Of a stretch of DNA of 64,000 bases, positions 58,774 through 64,000 are shown piece after piece. Positions within the stretch are counted from its first letter, which is position 1. Each line of letters begins with the position of its first letter. Both the position numbers and the translations under genes were made by a program. Origin of the DNA: Candidatus Latescibacterota bacterium (lineage in GTDB: Bacteria; Latescibacterota; UBA2968; GCA-2709665); NCBI GenBank assembly GCA_963667175.2, contig CAXXXF010000017.1, positions 1-64,000 of the forward strand. The letters are read 5' to 3'. The notes below the pieces were generated by a model. The model was given only the letters and a program-made list of their open reading frames with translations, did no database searches and had not been told where the DNA came from.

Positions 58774-61700
58774 ATGCTGATGTTCGCCCTCGTGCTCGTC
58801 CTGATCCTTCTCGCACTCCGGCCGGACCCCGCCGGCGCGGACCCTGTCTTTCCGCCCGACCTGGACGATTCCGACGTGGAGCGCCTGCGCCGGAACCTCG
58901 AACCCGTAATCTCGTTGTCGGAACGCGAACTTCTGCGCCTCATTCCCGACCGCGCGGGCATCTATTTCGTGGACTGTCCCAACTGCGACGGCGGCGCGCA
59001 GGAGGGCCAGATCGACTGGACGATCGAAGACCCGGACCGCGTCTTCTGCAAATACTGCGGCCTGAAATATCCCAACGATAGATTTCCGGATACCGAAATC
59101 CTGAGCGTCGTCAATCCCGTGGGCGAGACACAGGAGTATCCGTACTGGGAGGACGAATCCGGGTACAGGCACTTCTTCCAGGCAAAGGGGTGGTACCTGG
59201 CGCGGGCCTGGTTCGCCGGGGCCGCCCATGACCTGGCGACGCTCTACTTTGCGACCGGAGACCGTTCCTTCGCCCGCCGCGCGGCCCTCATTCTGAACCG
59301 CTTCGCCGAGGTCTATCCCGGGTACTGCGTTCACCACGACCTGCCCTTCCGGCGGAAGATCATTTTCCCGGGCAGCCAGGGCTTTCCCTATCCAGTCCAG
59401 GATTACCGGGCTTCCAAGTGGGACTGGTGGGCCTATATGGACATACCGGAAAACCTGATCTACGCCTACGACCTGATCCGGGACAGCGGTGAACTGGACG
59501 AAACCATGATTCGTCGCATCGAGGACGGGTTCTTCCACGCCAGCGTGGCCTTCATCCGGGGGTTCCCGCCGGCGCTCGGCAACATGGATCCCACGCTTCT
59601 GCGCGGCATGGTCGCGGCGGGTCGGGTCCTGAAGGAACCCGACTACATTCACGACGTGGTCGACCGTATCTCGCGGCTCATCGCCGTCAACTTCCTCGTG
59701 GACGGGGTATGGCGCGAAGGCGCGATCTCGTACCACAACCAGACCATCGGCGGGCTGCGTCAGGTGATGGAGAGACTGGACGGTTACAGCGACCCGGACG
59801 GATACGTGCATCCCGCCGACGGGGAGCGTTACGACAATCTGGACCTGAACGCCCGTTTTCCCATCCTGACAAAGGCCGCGGGCATCCCAGCGCTTCTCTG
59901 CTATCCAAACGGCCGCGTGGTCCCCACCCACGACACCTGGGCAAAAGGACGGCGGAACGCCCCGGAATCGACGGGCCCCATGCTCCTTCCGGGCATGGGC
60001 CACGCCCGCCTGAGTACGGGCAGCGGAGACGACCGCACCCAGACGTACCTCCACTTCTCCGGCGGATACGGCCACCAGCACGCGGATCTTCTGAGCATCA
60101 CCCTCTACGCGCGCGGCCAGGAGCGCCTGAGCGACGTCGGGTATACCCACACGCGCCACCGGTGCTGGACGATCAGCACGCTGTCGCACAACACGGTTGC
60201 CGTGGACGGCAAGGACCAGGCGTTCGGCTCCGAAAACGCGCCCTCGGACGGCAACCTCCTGCTCTTCGTCCCGCACAGCGACACGTTCCAGGCGATCGAA
60301 GCCTCGGGCGACCGCGCCTATCCGGGCGTCACGTCCACCTACCGGCGGATGCTGTTACAGATCGGCCTTTCATCGGAACAGACGTACGTCGTCGACCTGT
60401 TCCGGGTCGCGGGCGGCCGTCGTCACGAGTACATCCTGGCAGGCGACGCGGACCACGAGGGCACGATCGAAACCGACCTCTTCTCCGAGCCCCACGGCGA
60501 GACGCTGCTCCCGGCGGGCGTGACCGCCACCCTGCCCACAGGAGAGAGCGTCCAGGGCGACGCCGGGGGACACAACCTGGGATACGCGTTCATTCGCGAC
60601 GTACGGCGCGCCGGAGTCACCCGGCCCTGGCGCGCTACGTTCACCAGCCAGGCGTCCCCCGAGGGTTTGGTCCGCGTTTACAGCCTGACCGGCCCGGGCG
60701 GAGACCTCTTCACGGCCCGGGCGCCCTCCATCCGGAATGCGGACGAGGACGACACCCGTCTGGACGCCGTCACCATGCCCATGCTGATCCATCGCCGCGA
60801 AGGCGAGAACCTCTCCACCCTCTTCAGCACCGTCCTGGAACCCAGCGGCGACCGTCCAGCCATCACAAGCGCGGAGCGTCTGGAACTGCACGGCGCCAGC
60901 GAAGAGGACGTCGCGCTCCGGATCGTTTCCGGCGACGTCACCGACTATATCCTTTCCGCGTCGGACGAGAACCGCACGCTCGAGTTCGGCGACCTCCGCT
61001 TCCTCGGACGCGTCGGCTTCGTCAGAGTACGAGGCGGAAAAGTTGAAGAAATGATCCTCGTCGGGGGCACGCTTCTCCAGAAGGGAAACCGCAAGCTCGG
61101 CGGCCGCGGCACACGCACGGGCGCCGTCCTCAAAACACTTCGCGAGGCGGCGGGCGACGACGCGGACGGGCTCCTCATCGACACGGAACTTCCCACGGGC
61201 GTGGACCTCGCGGGCCTTACCGCCATTGTCACGGACGGCGACGGGTTCACCTACGGGCACAAGATCAAAGCCATCCATCACCCGGAAGCCGGCGGCGCTC
61301 TGCTGGAGCTGGAGGATGACCCCGGGTACGAAATCACCGCGAAGGGCGGCCGCCTCCTGTTCTTTCCGGGCCGTTCATGGACCGGCCCGGCGACGATCGA
61401 AATCCCCACCGTGGCCAGCCTGCGCATCAACGCGTCCGACGTCAACGCCACCCGGACCGGCGACTGGATCAACCTGGTCCGCAATGCGCCGTTCACGCCG
61501 CGCGATACGTCCGAAGACGTGGTGTTTCAGGACAAACTCTGGATCAGCAACGCCTACTACCATTCCGGTATCCTCACCCGGGACCTCTGGAATTCGTCCG
61601 ACGGCATCAGCTGGCATCTGGTAAGCGAAGCCACGCCCTACGACGGCTACAGCGAAATGGTGGCCTACAAGGACAAAATGTGGGCCGTCAAGGCAAGCGT

Positions 61701-62319
61701 CTGGACATCGCCGGACGGCGTCGACTGGACCCGGGTGCTGGAAGAAACTCCCTTCGGGCCGAGGGGCTACGGCGAACTGGTGATCTACCGGGACAGGATG
61801 TGGCAGCTTGGCAGCGGCACCGACGTATGGCACACCGGCGACGGCGTCGACTGGACACGAGTCGGGTCCAAAGCCCCTTACGGCGACCGGTCCGCCGCCG
61901 CAGTGGCCGCGTACGACAACCGGCTGTGGGTGATGGGGGGCAGGATCGACGGGCGCAACGACCCGCCCGAAAAGGGTTACCCGCAATACACGACCCTGAA
62001 CGACGTCTGGTGTTCGGAGGACGGCGTCAACTGGACGCGCGTACTCGAAAACGCCCCCTGGTCGCCGCGGATGTGGTTTATTCCGAAGGTCTACGCGGGC
62101 AGACTCTGGATCATCGGCGGGTACGACAACGCCAATTCGGTGAACCTTGGCGACGTCTGGTACACCGAAGACGGCCGGGAGTGGCACGAATTCAAACCTG
62201 ATACCCGTTTTTCGCCCCGCCACGAGTCCACCTGCTACGTGTTCAAGAACAGCCTCTGGGTTGTCGCGGGCAATACATGGCCTGTCGTGAACGACGTCTG
62301 GCGGCTTACGCTTCCGTGA
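58774..62319 (+). CDS. Secreted heparinase II/III-like lyase fused to a C-terminal Kelch-like propeller
   Basis: Signal peptide; CPNC..CKYC; DGVWREGAISYH, GHQHADLL, SDVGY, SHNTVAVDG; C-terminal repeats LWVMGG..NDVWCSEDGVNW. Confidence 0.78.
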   Translation: MLMFALVLVLILLALRPDPAGADPVFPPDLDDSDVERLRRNLEPVISLSERELLRLIPDRAGIYFVDCPNCDGGAQEGQIDWTIEDPDRVFCKYCGLKYPNDRFPDTEILSVVNPVGETQEYPYWEDESGYRHFFQAKGWYLARAWFAGAAHDLATLYFATGDRSFARRAALILNRFAEVYPGYCVHHDLPFRRKIIFPGSQGFPYPVQDYRASKWDWWAYMDIPENLIYAYDLIRDSGELDETMIRRIEDGFFHASVAFIRGFPPALGNMDPTLLRGMVAAGRVLKEPDYIHDVVDRISRLIAVNFLVDGVWREGAISYHNQTIGGLRQVMERLDGYSDPDGYVHPADGERYDNLDLNARFPILTKAAGIPALLCYPNGRVVPTHDTWAKGRRNAPESTGPMLLPGMGHARLSTGSGDDRTQTYLHFSGGYGHQHADLLSITLYARGQERLSDVGYTHTRHRCWTISTLSHNTVAVDGKDQAFGSENAPSDGNLLLFVPHSDTFQAIEASGDRAYPGVTSTYRRMLLQIGLSSEQTYVVDLFRVAGGRRHEYILAGDADHEGTIETDLFSEPHGETLLPAGVTATLPTGESVQGDAGGHNLGYAFIRDVRRAGVTRPWRATFTSQASPEGLVRVYSLTGPGGDLFTARAPSIRNADEDDTRLDAVTMPMLIHRREGENLSTLFSTVLEPSGDRPAITSAERLELHGASEEDVALRIVSGDVTDYILSASDENRTLEFGDLRFLGRVGFVRVRGGKVEEMILVGGTLLQKGNRKLGGRGTRTGAVLKTLREAAGDDADGLLIDTELPTGVDLAGLTAIVTDGDGFTYGHKIKAIHHPEAGGALLELEDDPGYEITAKGGRLLFFPGRSWTGPATIEIPTVASLRINASDVNATRTGDWINLVRNAPFTPRDTSEDVVFQDKLWISNAYYHSGILTRDLWNSSDGISWHLVSEATPYDGYSEMVAYKDKMWAVKASVWTSPDGVDWTRVLEETPFGPRGYGELVIYRDRMWQLGSGTDVWHTGDGVDWTRVGSKAPYGDRSAAAVAAYDNRLWVMGGRIDGRNDPPEKGYPQYTTLNDVWCSEDGVNWTRVLENAPWSPRMWFIPKVYAGRLWIIGGYDNANSVNLGDVWYTEDGREWHEFKPDTRFSPRHESTCYVFKNSLWVVAGNTWPVVNDVWRLTLP

Positions 62320-62383
62320 CGTGTGGATGCGCCGTTCCGGCATCGAACGGGTATCGCATGGAAAAGGATACGAGGCCGTAACC

Positions 62384-62818
62384 ATGTCTCGCGTCAAACT
62401 TGAACTCCCCGGGACCTTCAACTACGCCACCGACGTCCGGCTTCGCGTTTCCGACATCAACTACGGCGGGCACATGGACAACAATGCCGTCCTGTCGCTC
62501 GTCCACGAGGCCAGGGTACGTTTTCTCGAGAGCCACGGATTCACCGAACTGGACGTGGACGGGGTGGGCATCATCATGGTCGACGCCGTCATCCAGTACA
62601 AGTCCGAAGCGTTCTACGGCCAGACCCTGACCTTTCAGGTCGCCGTGGACGGCATGACCCGCATCGGATGCGACATCTATTACCGCATAACCGACCGGGA
62701 CACCGGCATCGAAGTCGCCCGGGCGAAAACCGGGATCGCCTTCCTGGATTACGCCACCCGGAAACCGAAACGGATGCCCGCGGGATTCCGGAACCTGTTC
62801 GCGGCCGAGGAATCTTGA
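62384..62818 (+). CDS. Acyl-CoA thioesterase (4HBT/hotdog fold)
   Basis: RVSDINYGGHMDN..HEAR. Confidence 0.88.
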   Translation: MSRVKLELPGTFNYATDVRLRVSDINYGGHMDNNAVLSLVHEARVRFLESHGFTELDVDGVGIIMVDAVIQYKSEAFYGQTLTFQVAVDGMTRIGCDIYYRITDRDTGIEVARAKTGIAFLDYATRKPKRMPAGFRNLFAAEES

Positions 62819-62843
62819 CAAGGTCAAGGCGGTTTTATATATT
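62815..62843 (+). promoter_or_regulatory. Putative sigma70 promoter of tRNA-Leu
   Basis: TTGACA, 17 nt, TATATT. Confidence 0.65.
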
Positions 62844-62888
62844 TCCTTTCCGGTCTGCGGGTTCCGGCTCCAGGCCCATGGCTCATGT

Positions 62889-62976
62889 GCCGAAGTGGTG
62901 GAACTGGTAGACGCGCTGCGTTCAGGGCGCAGTGAGCCTTGTGCTCGTGGGGGTTCGAATCCCCCCTTCGGCACCA
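62889..62976 (+). tRNA. tRNA-Leu(CAG)
   Basis: GCCGAAGTGGTGGAACTGGTAGACGCGCTGCGTTCAGGGCGCAGTGAGCCTTGTGCTCGTGGGGGTTCGAATCCCCCCTTCGGCACCA; long variable arm. Confidence 0.97.
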
Positions 62977-62982
62977 AAAAAC

Positions 62983-63016
62983 AACGGGTTACGTCGAATT
63001 GACGTAACCCGTTTTT
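62983..63016 (+). terminator. Intrinsic terminator after tRNA-Leu
   Basis: AACGGGTTACGTC-gaatt-GACGTAACCCGTT followed by further Ts. Confidence 0.85.
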
Positions 63017-63125
63017 GTACTGTTGGGATACAGGAATAATCGGCTTTCAGCTTTGCGTGGAAGTTACGCCTCATGAGTCCGGGGTGTTACCTGCCTCCAC
63101 GGTGCGGTGTCTTTCCGGTAGACCC

Positions 63126-64000
63126 ATGGAAAAACCGTCAACAGACGCCCGGTTGGTCGCCACAGTGCGTTCGGGCGACCTCGCCGCTTTCGAGACCCTG
63201 GTGAAGCGCCACGGAAATCGCCTCTTCCGCCAGGCGCTGGGTTACCTGCACGCCGACGAAGACGCACGGGATGCGCTTCAGGAGGCATTCCTGAGAGCAT
63301 TTATGCGGCTGGATGCGCTGGAGGATCCCTCCCGTTTTCTACCATGGGTCGGCCGGATCCTTCGGAACCTCTGCCTGAACAGGCTGAGGCAGGTTCGACG
63401 GCGGCTGGCCATGAACGAATCGGCCGGCACGGCGACGGAACCGAAACCACATCGTGACGAACCGGTTCTTCGCAACGAGGCAATACAGGAACTGCTCGCG
63501 TGCCTTCCGGGCGCCAGCGTACGGGCATTCACGCTGCACTATCTCGAGGGATATACCATCCGGGACGTGGCCCTTCGGGTGGGATCGACCCAGGGGGCTG
63601 TAAAACAGCGCCTCTATCGGGCGCGCAGGCAGCTTCAAAAGGAGGTCTTCCGCATGGCACGGGACGAAAGGAGCAGGAACGACCTGCCCGACGGGTTCGT
63701 CGCGCAGACCATCGCCCGTCTCCTGGAGCAGGGACGGACGGATCGTTTGTACTTGAGGACCGATGCGGCTCGGGCCCGGTTCAGGGAAGCGCTGGAAGTA
63801 TGCCCCGACCATCCCGCGGCGATGATGGAACTGGGCCGTACCGGCGACCCGTTCGATGGACCAACCGAGGAAGAAGCGGCAACGCTGCAAAGAGCCGCAA
63901 AGGCGCGGCCGGATTCGATCGAGGTTGCGATGGCGCTCGCTGCCGCGCGGCGGCACGACGCAGACGCGCAGGCACGCGCGGTTGACAACTGCATCGTGCT
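63126..64000 (+). CDS. ECF sigma factor with a C-terminal TPR-like extension (runs off the window)
   Basis: Manual translation: MEKPSTDARLV..GDLAAFETLV..DARDALQEAFLRAF..FLPWVGRILRNLC..HYLEGYTIRDVA..AVKQRLYRAR, then ARFREALEVCPDHPAA. Confidence 0.88.
   Translation, partial: MEKPSTDARLVATVRSGDLAAFETLVKRHGNRLFRQALGYLHADEDARDALQEAFLRAFMRLDALEDPSRFLPWVGRILRNLCLNRLRQVRRRLAMNESAGTATEPKPHRDEPVLRNEAIQELLACLPGASVRAFTLHYLEGYTIRDVALRVGSTQGAVKQRLYRARRQLQKEVFRMARDERSRNDLPDGFVAQTIARLLEQGRTDRLYLRTDAARARFREALEVCPDHPAAMMELGRTGDPFDGPTEEEAATLQRAAKARPDSIEVAMALAAARRHDADAQARAVDNCIV

Noticed and set aside
62889-64000. Genomic island integrated at tRNA-Leu (or tRNA-Phe)
   Set aside because: No integrase, duplicated tRNA 3' end or compositional shift is visible within the window.

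Overview
High-GC bacterial chromosomal window with no prophage, CRISPR array or autonomous transposase. The gene mix (DUF6785-type membrane proteins, several PhyH dioxygenases, a 'DFDGDGEVGFSDFLLFA' dockerin/EF-hand-like module, futalosine-pathway genes) resembles Latescibacterota/Poribacteria-like organisms; this is inference only. Left to right: an uncharacterised transporter cluster (ABC ATPase, DUF6785-like permease, degenerate M28-peptidase/FtsX fusion, OPT-like protein) interrupted by tRNA-Phe; a bacterial microcompartment (BMC) locus; catabolic enzymes; a Ser/Ser DapF; an ExbB/ExbD-like cluster; a cytochrome c/copper monooxygenase fusion; the housekeeping block queE, thrS-infC-rpmI-rplT, zapA, rny, ymdB, xseAB, nadK, recN, mqnE/C/A; a heparinase-like/Kelch fusion; tRNA-Leu; and an ECF sigma factor. 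The most striking feature is the BMC locus: a 2-domain shell gene overlaps a 4-domain shell gene, giving exactly six different BMC domains (a possible 1:1 asymmetric hetero-hexamer tile), and is followed by a DHDPS-family aldolase with an extra N-terminal 'TPLALD' domain. Also present are three copies of a TAG-targeting MITE with nested palindromes, three candidate structured RNAs, and four single-base frameshifts that look like sequencing errors.
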